From Acidobacteriaceae bacterium (GTDB taxonomy: Bacteria > Acidobacteriota > Terriglobia > Terriglobales > Acidobacteriaceae), in assembly GCA_035273225.1 (NCBI GenBank), contig DATEPN010000602.1, forward strand, positions 1,050 to 65,049: DNA of 64,000 nt. Reading direction: 5' to 3'. This document shows, one piece after another, positions 32,540 to 41,610 of the stretch; the first letter of the stretch is position 1; each line of letters starts with the position of its first letter. Below the pieces are notes generated by a model that was given only the letters and a program-made list of their open reading frames with translations, was not told where the DNA came from and ran no database searches. Both the position numbers and the translations under genes were made by a program.

Positions 32540-35233
32540 TTAGTTGACGGTCAGCGTCGCCGATCCAGATACTCCCTGGAAGGTCGCCTTAATATTCGTG
32601 GTGCCCTGGGTGACGGAACTGGCAAGCGCCGTCTGATTCACGAGGGCTACGCTCGGGTCCGAAGAGCTCCACGTGCAAAGCCCTGTGATGTCCTGCGTGG
32701 AACCGTCGCTGAAGGTGCCCGTTGCTGCGTATAGCTGAACACCTCCCAAAACCACGGTCTGTGCAGCAGGCGTGACGGCGATGCTCTGGAGCGTGGCATT
32801 GCTGACGGTCAGCGTTGTTGTCGCCGGAGTCAGGCCTCCATAGCTCGCGGTGATGGTTACCGTGCCACTCGCGAGCCCCGTTGCGAGGCCGGAACGACTG
32901 ATCACGGCGTCCGCGAAGTTCGAGGTCTGCCAACGCGCCGAACTGGTGAGATCCACCGTCGTCACGCCGTCGCTGAAGGTGCCGAGCAGCTGGAACTGCT
33001 GCGTCGTGCCTGTAGCGATGGTCGGGTCAGCCGGCGTAATCACCAGCGTGTTCAGCGTCATCGAGGTGATGGTGATGGAGGTCTGGCCGACGATACCGTT
33101 CAGCCTCGCATGCACCGCGACCGTCTTGAAAGTCTTCTTAGTGAAGACCACTCCGGAACCGGAGACGGATGCATAGCGGCCACTGTCTGTGTACCAGGTC
33201 ACTCCAGACAGCGGCACCGTGGTTCCGTCGCTGAAGGTTCCCATGGCGGTCATCTGGATTCGGGTGTGCGGCGGCACAATCGGATTGGCCGGGGTCACCG
33301 CGATCGAAACCAGCGTGGCATTGCTCACGGTGAGCGTGGCCGATCCGCTGACGCCCTGCTCAGTGGCGGTGATGGTCGCTGTGCCGTTTGCGAGCGCACT
33401 CGCCAGCCCCGTGTTGCTGATCAGGGCGATGGTGGCGTCCGATGAAGTCCACGTCACCTGCGACGTGACGTCCTGCGTGCTGTTATCCGTGAAGATGCCC
33501 GTTGCGGTGAATTGCATGGTGCCGTTGATGCCAACGGCCGGCGCCGGTGGCGTGACGACGATCTGTTTCAGCGTAGCCGCAGTGACGGTGAGCGTTGCGG
33601 AAGCGGTCATGGAACCGTACGTGGCCGTGATCGTGGCGTTTCCAGCAGATGCGCCCGTCGCGAGCCCGGCATTGCTGATGCTCGCAACCGACGGTGCCGA
33701 CGAACTCCAGGAAAGGCCTGCCGTGAGCGGCTGGATGCTGCCATCACTGAAGATGCCGTTCACCGTGAACTGCTGCGTGGTCCCGCTGGCGATGGAAGCA
33801 GTCACGGGGGTGATCGTGATGGACTCAGCGATTGCCGAGGTCACGAAGATGGTGGTTGTACTCGTGAGACCGCCGGCCTGTGCAGTGATCGTCACCGCGT
33901 TGCCCGCGCTGTCCGCCACGCCCGTGACCAGGCCGGTGGGGTCAACCGATGCAAGCGTGGAGTCAGAGGAAGACCAGGTGCCGGTGGTGAGGGTCTGGGT
34001 GGTGCCATCGCTGTAGGTGCCGGTCAGCGTTAGCTGGTCCTGGCCGCCAACAGGGATGGAGTCGCCGTCCGGCGAGATGTCGATCGAGGTCAGCGTTGCT
34101 GCCGTGACGGTCAGCGAGGCAGATCCGCTGATCGTGCCCGAAGTAGCTGTAATCGAAGCCGAGCCGGTGGCAAGACCTGTGGCCAAACCCGTCGCATCGA
34201 CTGCAGCGACAGTGCTCGCGCTCGAACTCCACGTCACGCTCTTCGTGATGTCGGTGGAGCTGCCGTCGGTGAAGATTGCGTGTGCTGCAAAGGCTTGCGT
34301 CTCGCCCATGGCGACGGAGGCGGTGGACGGCGTCACGGTGATCGATTTCAGCGTGGCTGCGGTCACCGTCGCATTGACGGTACCGCTGAGGCTGCCCACG
34401 GTCGCCGTGATGATCGCCGAACCCTGGGAAGCGGCCTTTGCAAGGCCAGCGGCATCAACCGACACCACGGTGGAGGCGCTCGAACTCCAGGTAGCCTGCG
34501 AGGTCACGTCCTGGATGGAACCGTCCGTGTAGACGGCATTGGCGGTCAGCTGCGTGCTGTTTCCGGCAGCCATGGAGATGGGTGAAGGGCTGATGTGAAT
34601 CGAGGCGGCAACGGGGCTCGTCACCGTGATCGGCAGGTTGCCCACAAGCCCGCCAACGGTGGCGGTCACAGTGACAGAACCGATCTTCTGCGCGGTCAGT
34701 AACCCGGCAGCGGTGATGGTGGCAACCGTGCTATCCGAGGTATGCCAGCTCACCTGCGAGCTCAGCGTCTGCGTGGTCTTGTCGGAGTAGGTTCCCTGAG
34801 CGGTGAACTGTTGGGTCGCGCCCAGCCCCAGGGACGAAGGTCCGGTGACGCTGACTGACGTCAAGACGCCCTGCCCAACGGTGACGGAGGCGTTGCCTGT
34901 AACCGTACCCATGGTGGCCGTTACGCTGACCGAACCCGCTTTCAGTGCGGTGAGCAGACCGGAAGCGCTGATCGAGGCAATCGAGGGGTCGGAAGTCTTC
35001 CATGTCACCTGTGAGCTGATGTTCGAGCTCGTGCCGTCGCTGTACCCGCCCGTCGCCGAGAGTTGCAGCGTCATGCCCGCGGCTACGGCATTGCCGCCGG
35101 CCACGGTAAGGGAGGTCAGGGTACTGGAACTGCCTTTCGTGTTCGAGGAGGAGGACGTGCCTCGGCCGCCGCATCCTGCGACGACGAAGCAAACAAACAG
35201 GGCTAGTGCAGCCAGATGGCCGATCTTTTTCAT
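32540..35233 (-). CDS. Surface/periplasmic lipoprotein made of about 10 tandem bacterial Ig-like group 2 (Big_2) domains
   Basis: Lipobox VAGC from ATG 35233. About 85-aa units recur with Q..A.G.YSDG...D.T..V.W.SS....A.....GL......G...ITAT..G.....LTV. Confidence 0.85.
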   Translation of the reverse strand: MKKIGHLAALALFVCFVVAGCGGRGTSSSSNTKGSSSTLTSLTVAGGNAVAAGMTLQLSATGGYSDGTSSNISSQVTWKTSDPSIASISASGLLTALKAGSVSVTATMGTVTGNASVTVGQGVLTSVSVTGPSSLGLGATQQFTAQGTYSDKTTQTLSSQVSWHTSDSTVATITAAGLLTAQKIGSVTVTATVGGLVGNLPITVTSPVAASIHISPSPISMAAGNSTQLTANAVYTDGSIQDVTSQATWSSSASTVVSVDAAGLAKAASQGSAIITATVGSLSGTVNATVTAATLKSITVTPSTASVAMGETQAFAAHAIFTDGSSTDITKSVTWSSSASTVAAVDATGLATGLATGSASITATSGTISGSASLTVTAATLTSIDISPDGDSIPVGGQDQLTLTGTYSDGTTQTLTTGTWSSSDSTLASVDPTGLVTGVADSAGNAVTITAQAGGLTSTTTIFVTSAIAESITITPVTASIASGTTQQFTVNGIFSDGSIQPLTAGLSWSSSAPSVASISNAGLATGASAGNATITATYGSMTASATLTVTAATLKQIVVTPPAPAVGINGTMQFTATGIFTDNSTQDVTSQVTWTSSDATIALISNTGLASALANGTATITATEQGVSGSATLTVSNATLVSIAVTPANPIVPPHTRIQMTAMGTFSDGTTVPLSGVTWYTDSGRYASVSGSGVVFTKKTFKTVAVHARLNGIVGQTSITITSMTLNTLVITPADPTIATGTTQQFQLLGTFSDGVTTVDLTSSARWQTSNFADAVISRSGLATGLASGTVTITASYGGLTPATTTLTVSNATLQSIAVTPAAQTVVLGGVQLYAATGTFSDGSTQDITGLCTWSSSDPSVALVNQTALASSVTQGTTNIKATFQGVSGSATLTVN

Positions 35234-35287
35234 ATTCAGGGTCACGCTTCCGGGGGAGGAGGTGTGGTCTTCAATCCGGCTTCTACT

Positions 35288-35301
35288 TTGCATGCATGCA
35301 A
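35288..35301. promoter_or_regulatory. Perfect 14-bp palindrome TTGCATGCATGCAA upstream of the Big_2 lipoprotein gene
   Basis: The sequence is its own reverse complement. It lies 55-68 nt upstream of ATG 35233 in a 283-bp intergenic region. Candidate dimeric-regulator operator. Confidence 0.3.
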
Positions 35302-35516
35302 TGCCGCGGCTCAATACAACGTTCGCGCTATCAGCCCGGATATTCGTAGCAGTGATGGTGACGAAAGTGAGTCACGGCAGTGGGAGTGGTCCTCTTTCGT
35401 CCGGGAACGCGGGCGGTCCCGGAGAGGGACGCGGTACCGGGGTCACCTGATTCAGAACCGCGGTGCATGCGACAACGTGACTAAAGCGGTAGCCGGGGCT
35501 GCCGATAACCAGCAGC

Positions 35517-36011
35517 GTGAGACATCGCATCGTCTGTCGGACCGCAGCAGGCAGTCGCCCAACGCGAAAGAAGCAAGCGTGGCACATCAGGATCAGCCTG
35601 ATACTCCTGCTGTTTTGTGGCGCGCTCCCGCTCCCTGGGGCGCAGGTCCCGGATGCGCCGCAACCGCGGTTGCCGCTGACGGACAAAATCCTGCTGGGAG
35701 TGGTCGCTGCCGGGCGAGCAGGCGACGCCGTCAGCACGCATCAATTCCTGGTGGCCGGGCAGGAAGAAGGCAGTCTCCCCAACTGGGTGGCGTGCCGGCA
35801 GCCGAACATGTGGACCTACTCCATGACCGTGGCCGCCGGGCAAGTCCAGCTCTCGAGGCTCCTGATTCGTTATAAGCACCGCCGGATCGCGCGGACGATC
35901 GAGATGATTCATGCTGCCGTGATCTGGGAGGCGGTGATTCACAACGAGCGCATCCTGCCCGGCCCAAAAATCAGGGCGCAGTTCCAGCCGAATCCCTGCC
36001 TCTCTCGATAG
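35517..36011 (+). CDS. Hypothetical secreted/membrane protein
   Basis: High third-position GC in this frame, and a hydrophobic N-terminal segment (ISLILLLFCGALPLPGAQ). No recognisable domain. GTG start is uncertain. Confidence 0.35.
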   Translation: MRHRIVCRTAAGSRPTRKKQAWHIRISLILLLFCGALPLPGAQVPDAPQPRLPLTDKILLGVVAAGRAGDAVSTHQFLVAGQEEGSLPNWVACRQPNMWTYSMTVAAGQVQLSRLLIRYKHRRIARTIEMIHAAVIWEAVIHNERILPGPKIRAQFQPNPCLSR

Positions 36012-36044
36012 GAGCAGCTCTGGCCGGTTACCTGGACGGGATCG

Positions 36045-37832
36045 TCAGCCCTTTGTGAAATAGGTCGAGTAAGCCTCGTTACGCACCCAATAGAGGGGAG
36101 CATACACACGTGCTCGACCACTGTTTGCGGCGGAGTAGAGGCCGGAGGCGCCTAGGGTGGGGTGTAGCGTATCCGGTCGCGGCAGGAGGGAGTCGCCGGC
36201 GGCGGGGTTGATCTCGACATAGACCAGCGGGCCACGCAACAGGGCCACGGTGTCCGGATGCAGATCGTCGATGGATTCGGTCCTGGAATTCTGCGGGAAT
36301 TCGAGACGCACGGTGTCCCCTGTGGTCCAGCGCCGGCGGATCACGGCAAATCCGCGGCTGGTCTCGGCGACGGCAGGCTGGCCATTGACCAGCACCGTCG
36401 GGCGCTGATCGAGCCAGCCGGGCACGCGCAGCTTCAGAGCAAATGTCACCGGCGCTGAGCTGTCGAAGTGCAGGGTCGTGCTGTCGGCGAGGGGATATTC
36501 CGTTTGCTGGGTCACCGTGACAATTGCGGCGCCTTCGCTCCAGCGCACCTGCGACGGGGTGTAGAGGACAACCGCAAGTCCGTCGGTCGTGCGGAAGTAG
36601 ATGTTTCGGACGTAGTCGGAGACGCCCTGCACGAGGGTACCGGAGCAGCAGGGCCACTTCTGCGGGTAATAGCGTTTGCGGGCTGCAGAGTTATAGCTCG
36701 AATAATAAGGATAGTCGCCGTCCGAGTCGGGCTCTTTCACCGCGAGGAGCGCGTTGAGGACGACGCGTTCCAGTCCATCGCCGTAGCGTGCGTCGCCCGT
36801 CGCGCAGAGCAGGTAACGGGCGAGCTTCGTCGCCGCGTAACTGCCGCATGGCGTCTCGAAGTGATCTTCGGTGGTGCGCAGGCTTTCATAGAGGTGTCCT
36901 TTGTGGGGCTCGACGAAAGTTTCGTTCGGTCCCCAGCCCCCGGTTGCGTACTGCTGGCGGCTGCGCAGAAACTCCCAGGCGTTCTTCATCGCATCGAGGT
37001 ACTTCGGTTGGCCGAGGACGATCCGCGCTTTGCCTGCCGAACTGAGCGCCATGGCGTGGCTGTACGCGTGGCGGCCGGGCAATACGTCCTGATTGCGGGC
37101 GAGCGGATCGAAGTACTCGCGGTCGAGCAGGTAAGCGGTTGCACGGTTATAGAAAGCGCGGTCTCCCGTCAGCTGCCACGCGGCAAAGAGGTTCTCCGGC
37201 ATGATGTAGGGCTCGTCATAGGGCGGATCCTTCTTGCCAATGCGGTCATGCCCGTGCTCGGGAATGAAAGGAAGCGCGCCGTGGAGCACGCGCGGCAGAA
37301 GCTCGCGGGCTTCTGCGACTTCGCTCAGCTGATACGCATCGAGCAGGCCGGCGAAGTGCTTATCAAGGATGTAGCAGGGCCAGACCTTCTCCGCGTTGGG
37401 CGCGGCGAAGACCTGATCGTGGGGACCCATGGTGGCAGCGTATCCCTCGACGAGAGCGCGTACTTTCTGATGACAGGCTGAGTCGCCGGTTGTGCGCCCG
37501 ATGCGCGCAAGCCCGGAGATGTACTGGCCGAGGGAGTGCCCGGGGACAAAGCCGTCCGGACCATACCAGCCGGCCATCGGCGCGCCGGGAGCCGGGAGGC
37601 CGGCGCGCTCTCGGTATACCTTCAGGAGCCGATCGTTATCAAGGGCCAGGTAGGAGGCGTGCACGCGATCGTATTGTTGTTTGAGCGGGCCACCTGTTAA
37701 CTGGACCGTGCCGTAGTCAAATTCCTGCAGCTTGGTTGCGGCACTGGCGGACGCGGCGCCCGCGGGTAGCGCGGTCGAAGCCGCCGCTGCCGCGGCGCCG
37801 GCCAGAAATTGCCTGCGTGAGAGGGAATGCAT
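36045..37832 (-). CDS. GH127 beta-L-arabinofuranosidase-family protein (DUF1680)
   Basis: Tat signal (SRRQFLAGAAAAA). ETPCGSY and the WPCCSGT Cys-Cys motif correspond to the Glu/Cys zinc and nucleophile site of GH127. Confidence 0.8.
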   Translation of the reverse strand: MHSLSRRQFLAGAAAAAASTALPAGAASASAATKLQEFDYGTVQLTGGPLKQQYDRVHASYLALDNDRLLKVYRERAGLPAPGAPMAGWYGPDGFVPGHSLGQYISGLARIGRTTGDSACHQKVRALVEGYAATMGPHDQVFAAPNAEKVWPCYILDKHFAGLLDAYQLSEVAEARELLPRVLHGALPFIPEHGHDRIGKKDPPYDEPYIMPENLFAAWQLTGDRAFYNRATAYLLDREYFDPLARNQDVLPGRHAYSHAMALSSAGKARIVLGQPKYLDAMKNAWEFLRSRQQYATGGWGPNETFVEPHKGHLYESLRTTEDHFETPCGSYAATKLARYLLCATGDARYGDGLERVVLNALLAVKEPDSDGDYPYYSSYNSAARKRYYPQKWPCCSGTLVQGVSDYVRNIYFRTTDGLAVVLYTPSQVRWSEGAAIVTVTQQTEYPLADSTTLHFDSSAPVTFALKLRVPGWLDQRPTVLVNGQPAVAETSRGFAVIRRRWTTGDTVRLEFPQNSRTESIDDLHPDTVALLRGPLVYVEINPAAGDSLLPRPDTLHPTLGASGLYSAANSGRARVYAPLYWVRNEAYSTYFTKG

Positions 37833-37844
37833 GGCCGTTGGTTG

Positions 37845-40394
37845 CTACTGCGCTTTCAGTTCGTAATGGCCGGGGCTGTCCAGATCGATGGCCACTCGTG
37901 TGCCGTTTTCGCTGAGCGCGCCCTGACGGGGAGAGCCATTGACCAGAACGTGTTCGGATCCGCTCGCGACGGGGAAGAGGACCGTGGCGTGCACGTCGGG
38001 GGGCACATCGATGGTGGCCTCCAGGACTGTCTGCTGCTTCCGGAGCGCCACCTTCAGCAGGCCGTGAGGCGTGGGCTCCTGACCACGCGCCCACGCGAGA
38101 TCGATCAGATCGGGGCGAATGATGGTTTTGCTGAACCCTGGCGCGGTGGGGCGGATGCCGAGCACCTGCTCCATGAGCCAATAGGTGGGCCCTGCGGACC
38201 AGCCGTGGCACAGGCTGACGAAGTATCCGGCGCGACCGTCAGCCTGTAGGTCCACGTGCGGATTGTCTTTCGGCCAGGAGGGGTCGTAGGCTTCCCAGAA
38301 CGTGGTTGCGCCTTCGGCGATCATGCCGCCCCAGTACGCACGAATCCATTTCATCGCGTCGGCGCGGCGGTCCATCTTCGCCATCGCATCCAGAACGTAC
38401 GCGCCGTAGTAGGGGGTGATGATGTCCGGGCGGAAGGTGGGCTGACCCACGCGCGACAAAACATTTTTCCAGATGTCGGCATACTGGCCGGGATCGGCAA
38501 CGTTGGCGAGCACCGCCATGGCATTGGTCTGTGTGCGCGGGCCGAACTGCCCTTCGCCAGCCGACCAGAGATACTGCTGCAGGCTCTTCTTTATCTCGGA
38601 TGCTCGGGACGCGAAGTGGTCTGCGTTCGCTGTGTCGCCCAGTTGCCGCAGGAGATCTGCTCCGGCCTGGTACGCGCGATAGTATTCGACGGCGGTGGCA
38701 GGGCGCGTCTCCGGCGTATCGCCGTTCAGGTCGAGAGCCCAGTCGACAAAGAGCCACTCGTGCGTACGGTTCGTGAAGTGGTTCTGGGCATCGAATTCCT
38801 GGTCCATGAACTGCAGCAACTGGACTAGCTGCGGACGCACCTGCTGGAGATACGCCCGGTCGCCGGTGTGGCGCTCGTAGTCCTCGAGCGCGGTGAACCA
38901 GAATGAGGAGTATCCGGGGATGCCGTTCACATGCAGCCGGATGGGAGGCTCGCCCACGAGTCGCGTGAGCGTGTCTTTGACGAGGAACTGGTCGGCGAAG
39001 ACGGCGTCGCTCACATGCCCGCTGACGTCCGTGTCACCCATCCAGCGGCCGCGGTCGCGCTTGGGGGCGTCCCAGATGTCGTCCTGCATGCAGAGGTGGA
39101 CGGTGTACGCGCCTGTCTCCCAGATGCGGTTCAGCAGCGGGTCCGAGGATTCAAACGAGCCCTGGTAGTGGACGGGATAGTAGATGTCCTCCAGATGAAT
39201 GGTTTTGAACTTCAGATGGGGCCCGCCGGAGAGGAACGAGATGCGCGCGTAACGGAAGGCGGTTTTGGGCCCGTGGCCAGTCTGGTGCGGTCCAAGGCGC
39301 AGCACGTTGGTGCCGAGATAAGGATGGTCGTCCAGTTCGCCTTTGGATTCGCCATAGCGAATGGAAACAGCGGCTTCGCTGTCTGAGTCGGAGACGAGTT
39401 CGACGCGGCCGGTGACCTCGCGTCCGAAATCGAGCGTGATCCCTGGGGCGAACTCCTCGCCGGGAGCCGGACTGCTGAGGTGGACCGCGAACTCTGCTTG
39501 CGGATTGGCCGCGGTGAGCGCGTCGAGATTTTCGAACTGGCTGCGGCCCTGCACGACGTCTTCAACCTTCGTGGCCGGCAGATACATGTGTGCGAGGAAT
39601 GGGGAGGCGCCCTCATAGCCGGGCCAGTCGTACAGGCCGGCGTCGGCATTCCACTGAAAAAGATCGATCGAGCCTTCGATCGGGATCAGCGCCTCGACCT
39701 TCGGCCAGGAGGCATCGTCGAAGCCGGGCTGCTCCCAGCCTGCGGACGTGTGCAGCGTCGCCTTCCACTGGGGTCCGCTGATCAGGATCGGCGGAGCGTT
39801 GACGCCTCCCGCGGCGGGCACGATCTTCGCCACAAGCACTTCGCCCTGAAGCAGCTGCATGGTGATCGGGTCGTTGAGAAAGCCGGAGGCTCCGTGACCG
39901 CGGACGACCCGCAGTGCGAGAACATTGTGGCCGGGTTTGAGGAGGCGCGTAACGTCGACCTCGAAAACATGCATATCGAGGGGATTGAGGATGTTGCTGT
40001 GCACCTCTTCGGCCAGCGTGCCGTTGACGTAAACGACTGCGGAGCGCGGGCCGGCGATGTACAGCGTTGCATGCGGCGGGAGCTGCTGTACGTCAAATCC
40101 GGCACGGAAATAATGGGGTTCGATCTGCTCATGGATGCCCACGCGCTCGTAGTGAATGTCGCCGGTCTGGGCGGCAACGGAGTCTTCGCGTGTCCAGATG
40201 TACTGCTCCGGGAGCGGCTTGTGAAACGAGGAGAACAATTGCGGTTCCGTGACGGTGCGGGTGGGATCGAGCTGGCCGGCAGGAATGGTCGACTCGTGAT
40301 CCTGGGCAAGGCAGAGCGTGGCGAGGCAGAAAAAGGGGAGTACTCGGAAGACCGCTTTCAGCACGCAGCTTCTCCAATCCAAAAATAATTTCAC
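37845..40394 (-). CDS. GH78-like alpha-L-rhamnosidase (six-hairpin glycosidase with N-terminal beta-sandwich domains)
   Basis: Signal peptide. D.PKRDRG.WMGDT resembles the GH78 DCP.RDERLGWTGD motif. Start probably GTG 40394 (AGGAGA 7 nt upstream); the ORF opens at TTG 40400. Confidence 0.65.
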   Translation of the reverse strand: MKLFLDWRSCVLKAVFRVLPFFCLATLCLAQDHESTIPAGQLDPTRTVTEPQLFSSFHKPLPEQYIWTREDSVAAQTGDIHYERVGIHEQIEPHYFRAGFDVQQLPPHATLYIAGPRSAVVYVNGTLAEEVHSNILNPLDMHVFEVDVTRLLKPGHNVLALRVVRGHGASGFLNDPITMQLLQGEVLVAKIVPAAGGVNAPPILISGPQWKATLHTSAGWEQPGFDDASWPKVEALIPIEGSIDLFQWNADAGLYDWPGYEGASPFLAHMYLPATKVEDVVQGRSQFENLDALTAANPQAEFAVHLSSPAPGEEFAPGITLDFGREVTGRVELVSDSDSEAAVSIRYGESKGELDDHPYLGTNVLRLGPHQTGHGPKTAFRYARISFLSGGPHLKFKTIHLEDIYYPVHYQGSFESSDPLLNRIWETGAYTVHLCMQDDIWDAPKRDRGRWMGDTDVSGHVSDAVFADQFLVKDTLTRLVGEPPIRLHVNGIPGYSSFWFTALEDYERHTGDRAYLQQVRPQLVQLLQFMDQEFDAQNHFTNRTHEWLFVDWALDLNGDTPETRPATAVEYYRAYQAGADLLRQLGDTANADHFASRASEIKKSLQQYLWSAGEGQFGPRTQTNAMAVLANVADPGQYADIWKNVLSRVGQPTFRPDIITPYYGAYVLDAMAKMDRRADAMKWIRAYWGGMIAEGATTFWEAYDPSWPKDNPHVDLQADGRAGYFVSLCHGWSAGPTYWLMEQVLGIRPTAPGFSKTIIRPDLIDLAWARGQEPTPHGLLKVALRKQQTVLEATIDVPPDVHATVLFPVASGSEHVLVNGSPRQGALSENGTRVAIDLDSPGHYELKAQ

Positions 40395-40486
40395 CAGCAA
40401 AATCTCCTGGCGGCAGCGGGTTTGTCAACGCGATGGCGCTGTTGTGCAGCGGTGAGCGCAAATGCAGCGACGACGAAACGCGCGCA

Positions 40487-41581
40487 TCATTTCCAGGGAC
40501 GCGAGCGAGCAACGGAGATGCCGCGAATGTCGTGCGGATACTTGCCGGAAACCGCAGTGTAAAAGTGGTAGAAGATTCCGTCGGACGCGATGACGGAAGG
40601 CTTGTGCGCATAATCGTCATCGACCGAACCCGGAGGGCCGGCGTCGACCAGGATGCTGTTGGCTTTGGTGAGACGATCCGGCGACTTGCCGAGCGCCAGC
40701 AGATCGCGCGCCTTGCCGTCGCGAGAACTCAGGCCGTAGTAGAAGACCGCCCACTCGTTGCGCCAGCGCACAACGCATGGATCGCTCGCAAAACGATCGT
40801 CCCAGCTGCCGGGCGGACCATTTTGGACGATTGGGTTCAGGGGGGATCGGGTCCAGTGGTGCAGATCTTTTGATGTAGCGAGGCCGGTCTGCTCGTGCCA
40901 GCCGCCGCCCTGGCTCTTCGGCAGCGGTTCGGTCTTCGCGTTGTAGAAGAGGTAGAAGGTGCCCTCGTATTCGACGAGGCAGGGTTTATACAGGCCGCCC
41001 TGTTCCCATGGCTTGGCATCGGGATCGTCGGGGCGGAGACATGGCGCCTCCAGATCCCAATGGAGCAGGTCGTCGCTCCAGCAGAGACCAATGACAGCGG
41101 GGCCGGCTTCCATGCCGGGGTTGGGGTAGGCATGCCACGCGCCGAGATATCGTCCGCGCACCTTCTTCAGATTGCCAGGGCTGAGCGCATCGTTCTCACG
41201 AACGATCCACATCATGGCAATGTTGTAACGAAACACTGGCTCACTCGGCCGGCGGCGGAGGATGCAGTCGACACGGGACCACTGCACGAGATCGGACGAG
41301 CGGGCCAGTCCGGTTTGATAACCGGTTCCGTCGAAGCCGATGTAGGTCATGCGGAACTCATCGCCGTGGCGAAAGACGAACGGGCAGTCGACGAACTGCT
41401 CATCGAAATCGCCGGCGGCTCCGGAGCCGCGGAGTACCAGGCGATTCAGCTTGAACGGGGTTTCGAGCGCGTGCGGCACGGAGACACCGCCAGCGGAGGC
41501 ATGAACGGCGGATGTGAGTGCGCCTGATGCCAGAGCGGCTCCAGCGTTGTGGAGAAATTGGCGGCGACTGAAGGATGGCAT
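40487..41581 (-). CDS. Five-bladed beta-propeller glycosidase-like protein (GH43/GH130/GH137-like fold, family unassigned)
   Basis: Tat signal (SRRQFLHNAGAAL). Repeated blade-like segments of the W..Y.G.D / F.L.Y type. Confidence 0.45.
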   Translation of the reverse strand: MPSFSRRQFLHNAGAALASGALTSAVHASAGGVSVPHALETPFKLNRLVLRGSGAAGDFDEQFVDCPFVFRHGDEFRMTYIGFDGTGYQTGLARSSDLVQWSRVDCILRRRPSEPVFRYNIAMMWIVRENDALSPGNLKKVRGRYLGAWHAYPNPGMEAGPAVIGLCWSDDLLHWDLEAPCLRPDDPDAKPWEQGGLYKPCLVEYEGTFYLFYNAKTEPLPKSQGGGWHEQTGLATSKDLHHWTRSPLNPIVQNGPPGSWDDRFASDPCVVRWRNEWAVFYYGLSSRDGKARDLLALGKSPDRLTKANSILVDAGPPGSVDDDYAHKPSVIASDGIFYHFYTAVSGKYPHDIRGISVARSRPWK

Positions 41582-41610
41582 GGCACCTCCCCTTTCGACC
41601 CTTTGCCCAC

